This document shows, in pieces, positions 11,250 through 22,373 of a stretch of 54,166 nucleotides of DNA. The notes under the pieces were generated by a model, which was not told the DNA's origin, searched no databases, and saw only the letters and a program-made list of their open reading frames with translations. The stretch is from the IMG/VR virus record IMGVR_UViG_2872198387_000006; one strand, given 5' to 3'. Position numbers and translations under genes: made by a program. Position 1 is the stretch's first letter; every line of letters begins with the position of its first letter. This stretch comes from a virus (lineage: Duplodnaviria > Heunggongvirae > Uroviricota > Caudoviricetes).

Positions 11250-11578
11250 CAGTTCACCACCTGTTCAAAATCGGCCGTTACAGTCACCCATAACGCCCCC
11301 ACGCTTGCCGACCATTTACGACAAACCACCCTGATCAGTTTCCAGTCATAAGGTGGCGTCCACTGAAATGCGCGGACGCCACCGTGCCGTTCCAGAAAGG
11401 CTTTTAAAGATGGGTGTTCACCTTTACGAACACGTATCGTCACGCTGTAAGTCGACAACTGGTTATTCAGTCCCGCCGCACGACGCTGTTCATAACCATC
11501 GCCCAGCTTCACTGTCACCACTTTCGGCTCTGATACCACATTCATATCCGGGCGCACTTTCCAGTGAAACGTCTCCAT
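11249..11578 (-). CDS. M: Minor tail protein M
   Basis: 109 aa, recognised as lambda M; overlaps the L start and H stop. Confidence 0.85.
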   Translation of the reverse strand: METFHWKVRPDMNVVSEPKVVTVKLGDGYEQRRAAGLNNQLSTYSVTIRVRKGEHPSLKAFLERHGGVRAFQWTPPYDWKLIRVVCRKWSASVGALWVTVTADFEQVVN

Positions 11579-14315
11579 TACCGGTATGCTCCACTTAACC
11601 GGCCACCATCACGGGCCTGCTGTTGCATAAAGTCCGCGGCCGCTTTTTTCCCGAGGTCATAAACCACCTTCAGGGCAGCCGGACCTATCTGCCCGTTCGT
11701 GCCGTCGTTATTGATCTCAATGTTGTACTGCGGGGCAAACATCACCATGCCTGAACCACCAGTATCCGCCACAACCCCCAGCTTACCATCAGCACCGCGA
11801 CGCAGTGGCAGAATGGCTTCAGGTCCCGCTTCCCCCATCACACCCGCGCCTTTTGCAAAAGCAAAAAACGTCGGACGGTTAACCACCGTGCCACTGTAGC
11901 GACTCAAATCAGCAGACTGGTAAACACCGCCATCAGCATTAGTCGTGAAGCCGAATAAAGAACCGACGCCCTTTACCGCCTGCATCATGGCCATCTGTGC
12001 CATAATTCTGGCCATATCTGACAACAGGGAAGAGGTGAAGGATTTAAAATTCAGCTTACCGGTGGTACAGAATGTCGCCAGTGCATTACCGGCACTGCTG
12101 AATGCCACTGTAAACATCTGTTCTGCCGTTCCCGCCGCATTATCCGCATCCGCCGTAAAATTCTGAAACGCCCGCATGGCACCGTTTTTCCAGTCGCCCT
12201 GCGCCACTTCCAGTTCCTGCCAGTAGCGTTTGTTTTCATTCAGTTGTCGCTTCAGGCTCCCCTTCAGCACCTCCTCAGCCCTCCGGTAGTCCTCCGTCCC
12301 GTAAGTGCCTTTCTGGCGACTGTCATTCTCAAGCTGTTGCAACTGTTGCCGGTATTCCTGCCGGATGCGCAACTGTGCCTGGTAGCGCTGCCGCTGCTTA
12401 TCCCCCATACCTGCAGTGGCAATATCCAGATTGTGCTGCTCACGCAGTGCACGTTCTTTGTCTGCCAGCTGGCTGGTCAGCTGAACCGTTTTTTTTCTCA
12501 GGTCGTTAAGCGCTGTCTGTTTCTGCAGCTCCTGCTGTTTCACATCCAGCAGCGTCAGCGCCTGAATCAGCTCATTCTTACGGGCCAGCACACTCTTTTC
12601 ATCTGCCGTCAGCTTTTTCCCGTCCAGGTCGCTGATGCGCTGCTGCAGGGCCAGAAGCTGTTTATGCGCTTCAGTCATCCTTTCAGTGGCAATGCCTGCT
12701 GACTGTCTGGCAGCAGCAATCTGCCCTTCCACCTGTGCCTGCTGCTGACTGTACTGCAGCAATAACCGGGTGGCCTCATCATTACGGGTTGCCCGTGTAT
12801 TTTTCTTAATGGCTTTTTCGTAACGTTCATTTTCACGCTGTATCGCCGCATCCCTGACAGCCTGGTCGGCGTACTGCATGGCATTAATACGCGCAATTTC
12901 CCGCTGATGTCGTGCAGCTTCCGTTTCATTCATCCGGTTCAGCGCGGCATTTTCAGCATTCCGGCGTTTCTGTTGCTCCTGGTAATTCCGTTCTGCCTGC
13001 GCTTTTGCATCCTGCAAATCCTTCCGGCGTTTTTTCTCCTGAAGATCGTTAAGACGCTGCTGATCGTACTCCACCTGTGTGGAGGCGTTTGTCCACGGAT
13101 ATTTTTTCGCGCGCTGAATTTTTTCCTGTAACGCATCAATCTGCGCATCCAGCGAGTCTTCACGACCAATATTCATGGCCGCATCCCAGAACTGCTTCCA
13201 CCAGTCAGACAAGGTTTGCAGCGTACTACCCAGCGCATTGAGATTATTATCAATATCAGATGTGCGTTTACCGGTTTCCTCTGCCAGCGCAGACATGGCG
13301 ATCCGGGCCGCATCACTGGACCGCCCCTGCTCCCCAAGGACGCGTATCTGCTCAAGCTGAGTGGCATTCAAAAAATGCAGCGCATTGTCCAGCGCCTTCG
13401 CGGCATTTACAGGATCATCCTTCAGCCGCTTAAACTGATTTATGGTATCGCTGACCGACTGGCCAACCGATCGCTCCATCTGTGCGGCAGCTTTCGCCAC
13501 CATACCAATATCGTTTCCATGAAATGCCCCACTGCCCACCACCTGTGCCAGCGCACCGGCTGCCGCATGTTGCGTGATACCATTCCCGGATATGGCCCGG
13601 CTGAGTTTCCACAACTGCCCGACAGTGACACCGGCATAATGTCCCGTCAGCGCCAGCTGACGGTTAAATTTCTCGCCCTCCTTCCGGCCGTCATGCCAGG
13701 CTTTACCCAGACCCAGGACCGCCGCGACAAGTCCGCCAATAACGCCGCCAGTCATCATGCCTTTCGGCGACATCAGTGCGCCTGTCCATCCGGCACGGTT
13801 AGCCAGCGTTATCCCGGATCCCCTCAGCGCACCAAAATTGCCGCGCGCCATCTGACTGATTAACACCCCCAGCTCCCGCCGGGCTGCCGCACTTTTCAGC
13901 CCCAGCGAATGTGTGGCTTTTCCTGCCCGCTCCATTTTGCGGATATACACTTCTGCAGCACTGCTTACCCCAGCTGAGCCGCCCTGGCCTGCGCCTGTTC
14001 CTCGCGCATTTTCTGATTCAGGGCATCCACGCGCAGACGGGTTTGTTCCACCTCACGGGCCATGCGTTCATGAGCCCGTGCATTCTTCTCCACCGTCTGC
14101 GCATGGGCTGATGCTGCTGTTGCAGCCGAAGAAGCCGCCTGCATTGTCTGCCGGGCCGCCTGAGTCTGACGCTCCATAAAACGCTGCATACGGGCAGAAG
14201 ACCGTTCTGCATCGCTGGCTGCACCATTCAGAAGGTTTTTGATACGGGGAATTTCATTTTTAAACTCTGCCGCATCAATCCCCAAATCAATGACCAGGTT
14301 GGCTATCTGGTCCAT
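11578..14315 (-). pseudogene. H: Tail tape measure protein H, interrupted by a frameshift at about 13950-13965
   Basis: N-terminal 126-aa ORF (13965-14345, start taken at MDQIANLVIDL) plus 790-aa ORF (11578-13950) in a different frame; C-terminus ...NNDGTNGQIGPAALKVVYD... matches remembered lambda H. Confidence 0.8.
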
Positions 14316-14616
14316 AACGCACACCTCCGGAAATACCTTCCCCAAGATGCATCAGTTCTTCGTCCGTTCGCTCCGGTATCCCGTTCTCTTCCGGTAAAAG
14401 GCTGAAATCAGCCACCGCAGCATCGCTGCTGCCGGACACCATTCTCACGATCAATGCCTTCAGCGAGGCAAACTGCGCATCCATCCACACATCACTGAAG
14501 CTCTGCATCCGGAAATAATCGCCCCACTCACCAAGCTCAGTGGCCGACATATCCGACAGCATCCGCCGCCAGTCTGCCCGCCGGAACTCCCGGGCAAGCC
14601 GCATGACAAACTGCAT
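14287..14616 (-). CDS. T: T segment of the G-T tail assembly chaperone, expected to be expressed by -1 frameshifting from G
   Basis: ORF lies in the -1 frame relative to G and overlaps its 3' end, as in lambda. Confidence 0.7.
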   Translation of the reverse strand: MQFVMRLAREFRRADWRRMLSDMSATELGEWGDYFRMQSFSDVWMDAQFASLKALIVRMVSGSSDAAVADFSLLPEENGIPERTDEELMHLGEGISGGVRYGPDSQPGH

Positions 14617-14624
14617 TTCCCGCG

Positions 14625-15029
14625 TCAGGACTTTTCCGGCGTCAGCGCCTCATGATCATCATCCCCGGCATTCTCAATGGTCCCCATACCGCTCAGCGAC
14701 AGAACCCTCTCCGCCCCCGCGCCCAGCGCATCATACGACCATGTTGTCATAATGGATGCGCAAAGCGTCTCAACATCCTGAGACTGCTCAGCATTCCACA
14801 GTGAGCGGGAAACCAGCCAGGCATTGATATCCATTCCCATACGCAGAAAAGCAATCTGTCGTTCAGCCTCCGGCAGTTCTCCCTCCTGTGCATCAAACTT
14901 TGCCGTTCGCTGCTGAACAAACGTCAGATATTCAATTCTCTGCAGCCCGGACAGCTCACTGAGCACCACGGACTGTTTTTCATAATTAAACGTATCCTGT
15001 TTCAGAAACATCATGTTCTCCGGATGCAA
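14625..15029 (-). CDS. G: Tail assembly chaperone G
   Basis: 134 aa with resemblance to lambda G (…VLSELSGLQRIEYL…). Confidence 0.8.
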   Translation of the reverse strand: MHPENMMFLKQDTFNYEKQSVVLSELSGLQRIEYLTFVQQRTAKFDAQEGELPEAERQIAFLRMGMDINAWLVSRSLWNAEQSQDVETLCASIMTTWSYDALGAGAERVLSLSGMGTIENAGDDDHEALTPEKS

Positions 15030-15069
15030 AAAGCCCCGGATAACCGGGGCAATGATGAGTATCGTCCTG

Positions 15070-15810
15070 TTATGGTGCGCTGACGGTCACCGCAGCCACT
15101 GCCACAAACTCTCCGTCAGAGGTCATGCCCACGATGCTGACACTGCCCTGCTTCACGCCTTTCACCGTGGCCACAAGCCCGCTCAGGGTCACCGAAGCAG
15201 TCTGAGGATCTGACGAATGCACACTGATCGCTTTGTCACTGGCCCCGTCAGGTTTTACTGTAAAGGTCAGTGTGGTGGTTGCTCCCGCTTTGACACTGAC
15301 AGATGCCGGTGCCACCGTCAGTCCGGTAACACCCACGGTTTCAGTGCCTTCCTCTGCCAGATACGGACGCCCCACACCGCTGATTTTCACAGTGCGGGTC
15401 ATCACGTCTTTTGAGGCAATGGTTTTACCCAGTGAGCTCAGCCAGCCGCGGAAAACATCAACAGTGCCGTTGGGATATTTGATACGAAACGCGCAGACTT
15501 CACCGGAGTCGAACAACTGAACCAGTTTTTTCTGCCCGCTGTCACCCGGACGCCAGGCCAGCGTCGCCGAAGTATCACCAACGGATTTCTGCCCCTGGGT
15601 TGTCGTTTTCCAGTCTGCATCTTCATCATCGAGATAAGTGTCATCTTCTGCATCAGCGGTCATTTCGCCAGGTTGCAGATCCTTCACCATCGCAAGACGC
15701 AGCCAGTCAGTGTCCGACAAAGGGTTCGCAAACGCATCGCCGTTGCCGGTATACATCCAGAACGTCGTCCCCGCACCTTTCGTCTTTGCCAGTGGATTTG
15801 GTGTGGTCAT
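15070..15810 (-). CDS. V: Major tail tube protein V
   Basis: 246 aa from the internal start MTTPNPLAKTKGAGTT; matches remembered lambda V along its length. Confidence 0.85.
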   Translation of the reverse strand: MTTPNPLAKTKGAGTTFWMYTGNGDAFANPLSDTDWLRLAMVKDLQPGEMTADAEDDTYLDDEDADWKTTTQGQKSVGDTSATLAWRPGDSGQKKLVQLFDSGEVCAFRIKYPNGTVDVFRGWLSSLGKTIASKDVMTRTVKISGVGRPYLAEEGTETVGVTGLTVAPASVSVKAGATTTLTFTVKPDGASDKAISVHSSDPQTASVTLSGLVATVKGVKQGSVSIVGMTSDGEFVAVAAVTVSAP

Positions 15811-15820
15811 TACCACCTCC

Positions 15821-16222
15821 TTAATTCGTGTACGTGATCTGGTACGTGATTTCCGCCATCGCCCAGGTAGCCATCTCATTATCACGTTGATAGTTAAAAC
15901 CGAGTGGGTTCAGGGTGTCGATGAGTCCGGAAAGTGCCGGTACATCATTCAGGGCCGGGAAAATGGTGCTCTCCATCCACATATCCAGCTCTGAATCCGG
16001 TGCCTGTGCCCGGATGAAGACGGCAATATGCAGAACAGCCTGCCAGTCATCTTCATCCGTCATTTTTCCGGTGTACTGAGCATCACTCAGCCACACCGCC
16101 ACGGCAGGCAGTTCCTGCGCATCAATAAATGCCGGAAGCCCGTCAAAAAACGTGGCGCTGTCTCCACACTGTTCCCGAAGGCGTGCCAGCACGCTCTGAC
16201 GGATTTGTGTGTGTCGGTTCAT
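15821..16222 (-). CDS. U: Tail tube terminator protein U
   Basis: 133 aa, recognised as lambda U. Confidence 0.85.
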   Translation of the reverse strand: MNRHTQIRQSVLARLREQCGDSATFFDGLPAFIDAQELPAVAVWLSDAQYTGKMTDEDDWQAVLHIAVFIRAQAPDSELDMWMESTIFPALNDVPALSGLIDTLNPLGFNYQRDNEMATWAMAEITYQITYTN

Positions 16223-16806
16223 TTACTCAGATGTAACCTCAGTTGTTGTTTCAGGGCATACCCCAGCTGTTTCGGCATTTCCGCAGCAATGATGCGGTCG
16301 CGGGCATCTTCAAATGCCTGTGTCAGCGGTCCGGACATCGGGATTTTCACCACATCAATGGGGTAACGATTTTTGCCGTCAATACGCCGCATCACATGCC
16401 AGCGACCATTCGCCAGTTGCTGAATAAACGCATCCCGGAAAAGGTATTTCCCCACTTTCAGTACGCTGCCACGATGACGTGAGTTGCTGCCATGCCGGGA
16501 GCGGGCCAGTCTGACCTGTGCGGTACCCAGCTTAATGGCGGGCAGGTTACCCCGGTTAACACGCATGCGGGCATACATTTTTCCTGAGGGGCTGGCTTTA
16601 AGCAGCCTGACACGCTCCCTGACCGTTTTCAGGGGAATACCTTTCACCTGGTTATCCCCGGCAACGGTATTCTGCGCAACCTGCCGTGTGGCGACAGAAA
16701 CAATCTTTGCCGCCACACGGTTTACCGCCCATGCGCTGGTCTGTGGCACCATGCGGGTATCGAGGCTGTTCAGATTGCGGATGGCATTCTCAAGTCCCTT
16801 CATCAT
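16219..16806 (-). CDS. Z: Tail completion protein Z
   Basis: 195 aa, position and size as lambda Z. Confidence 0.8.
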   Translation of the reverse strand: MMKGLENAIRNLNSLDTRMVPQTSAWAVNRVAAKIVSVATRQVAQNTVAGDNQVKGIPLKTVRERVRLLKASPSGKMYARMRVNRGNLPAIKLGTAQVRLARSRHGSNSRHRGSVLKVGKYLFRDAFIQQLANGRWHVMRRIDGKNRYPIDVVKIPMSGPLTQAFEDARDRIIAAEMPKQLGYALKQQLRLHLSK

Positions 16807-17166
16807 ATCGCCTCATTCTGGCATTATTCTGTGGGGCAGGACTGCCCCGCCTTAACCGGATATAACAGCATCCCCCGTCATCCGGAGTAATACGATCCAC
16901 AAAGAAAGAATCATCCCCGATAGTTAACGTATCCTGACGGCGTAACTGCGATATATCTGCCGTTTTCACAAACAGGCACGGTGAGGAATCCTCAAGCCGG
17001 ATCCCCCGGCAACAAAAGAAATACTTTCGGGATCATCAAAAACCCCTGTCAGGTGTGTCCCCTCAAGTTCTCCGGACGTAATGACGGCGCTGATCCCCAT
17101 ATCACGGAGAATGACTTCATTGACACCGGCAAGCGCAGCATCAAACAGATTATCGAAACCGTCCAC
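16790..17166 (-). pseudogene. FII: Head-tail connector FII, frameshifted near 17010
   Basis: 66-aa ORF MDGFDNLFDAALAG... matches the FII N-terminus; the C-terminal half (…DTLTIGDDSFFVDRITPDDGG…) continues in another frame. Confidence 0.75.
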
Positions 17167-17177
17167 GACATCTCCTG

Positions 17178-17564
17178 TTACTGCCTTTTTGCCAGACCAC
17201 CTGCCGCCATGCTGGCAGCCACCTCAGCAGAAACACGAAACGACGTTCCCGGTGAAACAAATATCACTGAACCATTACATTTTGTATGCAGTGTCGCCAG
17301 TGCCACCACCGTAACCTGCCCCGTTTCGTCTCCGGTAACAATGCCTGGCTGTTCAGGAACTGACTCGCCTTTATGCGCGGTCGGATCATCTTTCGATGGT
17401 GAGTACGTATCCGGCTCTGCGACCTCCCCCGCATCTCCAAGCTCTTCCTCCAGTTCCGCCACTCGCTGCGCAATATCTGCCGCACTACCGGAGACATCCG
17501 GTTCACGCCCCAGCCTCTCAGCCAGCTCACAAAGACGTTTCAGGTTTTCTTCTTTCGTAGCCAT
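17178..17564 (-). CDS. FI: DNA packaging protein FI
   Basis: Start taken at MATKEENLKRL; C-terminus ...VTVVALATLHT... resembles lambda FI. Confidence 0.8.
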   Translation of the reverse strand: MATKEENLKRLCELAERLGREPDVSGSAADIAQRVAELEEELGDAGEVAEPDTYSPSKDDPTAHKGESVPEQPGIVTGDETGQVTVVALATLHTKCNGSVIFVSPGTSFRVSAEVAASMAAGGLAKRQ

Positions 17565-17615
17565 ACCCGCTCCTGATTGAATGAAAAACGGGAGCATTTA
17601 GCTCCCGCTCACGGA

Positions 17616-18644
17616 TTATTTCACCTGCACCACCACAAACTCATCCGGATCCGGCAGCACCATCAGCGGCGCGGACTGCGTCATGGTGAATTCACGCGCC
17701 GGATCACCCACGGTCAGCCAGTGTTTCGGATAACGGGAAGACGCCACCACGCCTTCAGACAATGCCTGCGCATCCTGAATGGCACCGTAGCAACGAATAC
17801 CCTCTGCGGCCGTATTTCCCAGTACCAGTGTGCCGTCCGGCAGATAACGTTTTTCGGTACCGTCCTCTGCCACATAGGACGTTTTTGCCACCACGATTGC
17901 CAGATCACCATAATACCCTTTGAAGGACACCACCGCCCCCAGGTCTTTCACTGCCGTTTCCAGCTGTGAATTTGAGCCACGACGGGTATCCAGTTTTTCG
18001 CGGAACAGCTTAAAGCCATTCAGCAGACGCCAGACCTTACCATCCATAATGGCAATATTGATGGTGCCGGAAGCAAAATCACAGTACGCATCCAGATCAT
18101 GCGTCGGATCAAAGGTATCGCGGTCCTGAGCGCTCCACTCCGTCCCTCCTGCCTGCGTAATGTTATTTCCCACCGACCGGCCAAAATCGACCTCAACAGT
18201 TTCAAACTGCTCTCCTTCCATGGTGTATTTGCCATACAGCACGGCATTCACCGCCTGCATCTCTTCCACCTGGACAATGGCGTGCTCTTCCTGTTTGAGG
18301 TTATCGGTGATGATACGCAGGCGACGGTAAGCCGGGTCGTTCAGCTGGGCCGGATCTTCACCGGGAAGACGCTCCACCGCCTGCTGGTAATTAAATTCGT
18401 GTTTCGGCTTAACGTAGCCCGGGCGCAGTACACGAGTTTCACCGCCACGGTGACGCAACACCTTTCCTTCAACAACCGGGGAGACATAGGCCGCCACCGG
18501 CGTTTTTCCGGTAATTTTGTCCAGCATTACCTCTTCGGTATGGAAATTCACCGTACGGCGGAAAAACAGCTCCAGAAACAGCGCACGAAATTTAACTTTT
18601 TGTTCGGTATAACCGAGTAACTGGCGGGTCGTAAACAATCCCAT
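17616..18644 (-). CDS. E: Major capsid protein E
   Basis: 342 aa, recognised as lambda E. Confidence 0.9.
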   Translation of the reverse strand: MGLFTTRQLLGYTEQKVKFRALFLELFFRRTVNFHTEEVMLDKITGKTPVAAYVSPVVEGKVLRHRGGETRVLRPGYVKPKHEFNYQQAVERLPGEDPAQLNDPAYRRLRIITDNLKQEEHAIVQVEEMQAVNAVLYGKYTMEGEQFETVEVDFGRSVGNNITQAGGTEWSAQDRDTFDPTHDLDAYCDFASGTINIAIMDGKVWRLLNGFKLFREKLDTRRGSNSQLETAVKDLGAVVSFKGYYGDLAIVVAKTSYVAEDGTEKRYLPDGTLVLGNTAAEGIRCYGAIQDAQALSEGVVASSRYPKHWLTVGDPAREFTMTQSAPLMVLPDPDEFVVVQVK

Positions 18645-18701
18645 AAATCAGTTCCTTTCATTCAGAAATCAGTCAGGCTACCGCAGTGACCTGATAAAAT
18701 G

Positions 18702-19049
18702 TTACGGCAGCGCTGCGTGACTCAGGGCACTGCCGGCAAAGGCATTCGCCTTTTTGTGTGTATCCACTCTCTCAGGCCAGTGGATGGCCTCCGTCGCAAA
18801 GGTCCCCGACTTGTAATACGTCAGCACCGTCTCTGTACCTTCAAGCGGCAGTACCAGTATGCCAACCACATGGCCTGCCTTCTGTCCGTCCCAGACCACC
18901 AGTTTCCCGGTATCCTCATCCAGCATCAGGGGCGTCAGAGCCGGTGTTGCCGAGGAAATCCCGCTGCTGCCTGTGGCGGTATGGGCCGGATCATTACCGG
19001 CAAAAATACGTACTTCCGCACGCTGTTCAGTGATGGTTTTCGTTACCAT
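18702..19049 (-). CDS. D: Head decoration protein D
   Basis: 115 aa with the ...GNDPAHTATG...KSGTF... pattern of lambda D. Confidence 0.85.
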   Translation of the reverse strand: MVTKTITEQRAEVRIFAGNDPAHTATGSSGISSATPALTPLMLDEDTGKLVVWDGQKAGHVVGILVLPLEGTETVLTYYKSGTFATEAIHWPERVDTHKKANAFAGSALSHAALP

Positions 19050-19085
19050 ATTGTAAAAACCTCATATTGATGGTCAGCACTGACT

Positions 19086-20591
19086 TCATGGCATGGCCAT
19101 GAGCATTTTCACGTCCGCATCACCGTCTGCTGACGTCTGTGGCACGCCACCCTGTACCGCTGCCGGTGAATGGTTCGCCATGAAATGTTCAAACATGGCG
19201 GTTGTGGATGCAGAAACCGGTTCTGCCCTGCCTGAGGCTGCCGCCAGTACAGCCCGGGCATTCTCCACGGTCATCCCCGGACAGGCCGCCAGTTTTTCAG
19301 CCTGCGCCTCTGCCCCTTTTGCCTCATCCAGGGCCATAATCTGATCACGAAGTGAGGGTCCGGCATTCGCCTGCGGTGAAGCAGCCAGAATCGGACGGGC
19401 TTTTTCCACCGTCATCTCCGGCATCGCCGCCAGCGTTGCCGCCAGTTGTTCACGTCCTTTCGCCTCTTCACATGCCATAATGCGATCGGCTTCACTCTGC
19501 GCAGATACACCAGATTGTTGCGGTGCCGCCACGGCCAGAATCGCCCGGGCCTGCTCAACGCTCATACCCTGTTGCCCTGCCAGCATCGTGGCCAGTTGTT
19601 CACGTCCTTTCGCTTCCTGACACGTCAGGATCCCCATCACTCGCTGGTTCTCCTGCGCGGCAGCCTCCGTTGCAGTTAATTGCGGCATAGTGCCTCCTGT
19701 ATCGTGTGTGTTCAGCGTCGCAGCCATCACGCTGATGGCGTCCGACGCATTGATTAATTCATCCGCCAGTTCGGCCTCAATACCGGACTGACCTTCAAAA
19801 ACGGCGGCCTCTGTTCCCATAACCGCATCCACAGATAAACCGGTATACATCGCCACTTTTTCAGCAAACATCCGGCGCGCCGCATCAATGCGCTGCTGCA
19901 TGTCCTGGCGAACCTTTGCTGGCAGGGATTCAAACTGATTGCCATCCACCTTGTGCGATCCGGCGTAAATCAGCGTGATATCCACACCGGCCTGTGCCAG
20001 ATGACCGGCATAGCTGACATGGCCCATCATCACCCCAATGGAGCCGATACGGGATGTCTGGGTAACCAGCCGTCGGGAGCAGGCCGATGCCAGTAACATG
20101 GCGGCTGAACAGGCCGTGTCATTGCACAGTGCCCAGACAGGCTTCAGCTGCCGGAGACGGTAAATCATGTCAGCGCAGTCAAACGCGCCGGTGGCCTGCC
20201 CGCCAGGACTGTCAATGTCCAGCAGTACGCCCCGTACCTGAGTGTCCGCCATTGCCTGCTGAAGACAGGCGACAATGCCGTCATAGCCAGTCATTCCGGA
20301 AAATGGCCGCATGCCACCCAGCCGGTGTACCAGCGTGCCGGTCACCGGCAGTACAGCAATACCGTTCACCACCCGGTAAACACGGGCAGGTCGTTTGCCT
20401 CCGGCCATGTACTCGTCCGTTTCAGCCAGCATCCCGGGAGCGTCAAGCTGTACCTGCTGTTGCGGTACCGAAAGGCTTGCTGCGCCCATCTCACGCCCGA
20501 GCGCGCAAAAGAAAACCCGCGCATAGGCGGGCTCCAGAAGCAGCGGCTCATTGAATGCCGCAGCGATAATATGTGAAAGATTACGTCTCAC
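19086..20591 (-). CDS. C: Prohead protease/scaffold protein C (S49 peptidase family), with the Nu3 scaffold expected in-frame in its C-terminal part
   Basis: 501 aa; N-terminal two-thirds recognised as lambda C; C-terminal third carries three tandem repeats. Confidence 0.85.
   Translation of the reverse strand: MRRNLSHIIAAAFNEPLLLEPAYARVFFCALGREMGAASLSVPQQQVQLDAPGMLAETDEYMAGGKRPARVYRVVNGIAVLPVTGTLVHRLGGMRPFSGMTGYDGIVACLQQAMADTQVRGVLLDIDSPGGQATGAFDCADMIYRLRQLKPVWALCNDTACSAAMLLASACSRRLVTQTSRIGSIGVMMGHVSYAGHLAQAGVDITLIYAGSHKVDGNQFESLPAKVRQDMQQRIDAARRMFAEKVAMYTGLSVDAVMGTEAAVFEGQSGIEAELADELINASDAISVMAATLNTHDTGGTMPQLTATEAAAQENQRVMGILTCQEAKGREQLATMLAGQQGMSVEQARAILAVAAPQQSGVSAQSEADRIMACEEAKGREQLAATLAAMPEMTVEKARPILAASPQANAGPSLRDQIMALDEAKGAEAQAEKLAACPGMTVENARAVLAAASGRAEPVSASTTAMFEHFMANHSPAAVQGGVPQTSADGDADVKMLMAMP
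19260..19700. repeat. Three tandem copies of a ~141-150-bp unit inside the 3' part of gene C
   Basis: Protein repeats I(L/M)xCxEAKG(R/A)EQLA…MTVExAR(A/P)ILAA; the DNA string gccagttgttcacgtcctttcgc recurs at 19441 and 19591. Confidence 0.7.
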
Positions 20592-22173
20592 GTGATGTTG
20601 TCTCCTCTTCCGGCCTGCGACTCTCCGCTATCTGCTGCTGATACGCCTGGGCTATCCACACCGGACGTGAGAGTCCGGCTTTTTCGCGCTCTGCGGATTC
20701 CCTGACCTGCTGGCGGAAAATGTCCTGATAATCTTCGCCCATCAGTGCCAGTTCTTTCTCATACGTGCTCAGTCCGGCCTCAATGCGCATCACCGATTCC
20801 TGGACCTCCTTGAGCCCGTCAATGGCCATTCTTCCGGAGCCAATCCACTCTGCCCGTGACCAGGCTGAACGCGCCTGGTAAAAATCAAAACGCGCCCGTG
20901 GCGGACGAATAATCCCCGAAGAAGCGCCTCTTCCAGCCAGCAGGAAAACATCTGCGTGGCCAGCCGGGCCGCAATAAATTTTCGCCGCCCCATAAAATAG
21001 CGCCACGACTCATTGGCGGAGGCACGGGCACTTGAGTAACTGACCTTCGAGTAATCACGGGACAACTGTTCGTAGGAAACGCCAAGACCGGCTGCAATAT
21101 ACCGCAGCAGCGCCTGTTCAAGCGCCGAAAATCCATTGTCTGAATCCTGCGCTGTCTGCAGGTTCAGCGCATCGCCAGGAAAAAAGGTGCGGAATTTTAA
21201 CACCGCCCAGCGTCACGTTATTCGTGTCATACCAGCGGGTGAACTTCTCCAGAATATTAATAAGCGGATTATCCTGCTGACCTTGCGGTGCCCCCGCGAT
21301 ATATTCAAATGCCTTTTCGGTATCAAGTTCACTTTCGATTGTGGCTGCATACATCGCCTTCACAATGGCCGACTGAAGCTGCGTGGCCTGCAGGGAGTCC
21401 AGCATCTTCATCCGCTCCATTACGCTGTAAAACTGATTGGCCCCACGGGTCTGCCCGTCCTCCACCGGCTCAAAAATATGCAGCATGGCCGGACGCCCGG
21501 TGGGAAGCTCACGCGGGATCCGCTCCCAGCGTCCGGCACCAGAGAACGGAAAATCATCCTCACAGATATGGTACGCAATCGCCCGCCCATACCGATCGAC
21601 CTCAACCCCGGCCCGCAGAAAGTGGTTCCCCATACCGTGTCCTGGCGTGTCCACCCGTTTCGGACTCACGGCTTTAAAACGCGTACGGAATAACTGCGTG
21701 GTTTCCGTATCCCAGACCGGCTGCACAAAGATTTCGCCGTTAAAGGCATGCACGCCCACCCCTTCACGGATAAATTCCGTAAACGTGCGTTTCCCTTCCA
21801 CGTCGATCTCGCCAAACATTCCTTCTGCGTATTCCGACCAGGCTGCTTCCACCTCCCCGACAAAACTTTTTGCCGTGGTCTCCCGCATCCCCAGCCAACG
21901 CCAGTTCAGACGGTAGCTGATAAGAAACATGTGCCCGACGATATGATCCTTATGCAGGGCCACCGCATTAGCCGCGATACCGTTATTGCGCACCAGATCA
22001 TCTGCCCGGGCATTCCCCAGACGCAATGCAGGCAACAGGGCCGCATCGGCACTCTGCGCCGGTGGTAACCACTCTGCCATTTGCCCGCCAAATCCTGCGC
22101 CGCCTCCGTTGTAGCTGAGACTCTCACGAAGCGGAACGCCGTTCACATCAATCAGGACAGGCGTTCGTTTCAT
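20581..22173 (-). pseudogene. B: Portal protein B, split into three reading frames by two frameshifts
   Basis: ORFs 21118-22173, 20790-21203 and 20581-21006 each align to consecutive parts of remembered lambda B. Confidence 0.8.
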
Positions 22174-22373
22174 AACCTCACTCCCAGCGGTCGGCGGCGT
22201 CGGGTCGTACCCAGAACCGACTCCGCATCGTTGATCGCACGGTTAAGCTCATTCAGGGACGCTGCCGTATATTCGATCCTGCGACCGTCTTTCTGTACCG
22301 ACACAACCCGTTTACCGGTTAATAAATCAAGGCGCGCCTGACGCAGCGCCTGCAGTTCAGCGACTGTAACCAT
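22170..22373 (-). CDS. W: Head-tail joining protein W
   Basis: 67 aa, recognised as lambda W. Confidence 0.8.
   Translation of the reverse strand: MVTVAELQALRQARLDLLTGKRVVSVQKDGRRIEYTAASLNELNRAINDAESVLGTTRRRRPLGVRL

Noticed and set aside
16981-17580. 199-aa plus-strand ORF
   Set aside because: Antisense to FII and FI; low-complexity Ser/Pro-rich translation
20087-20554. 155-aa plus-strand Arg/Pro-rich ORF
   Set aside because: Antisense within gene C
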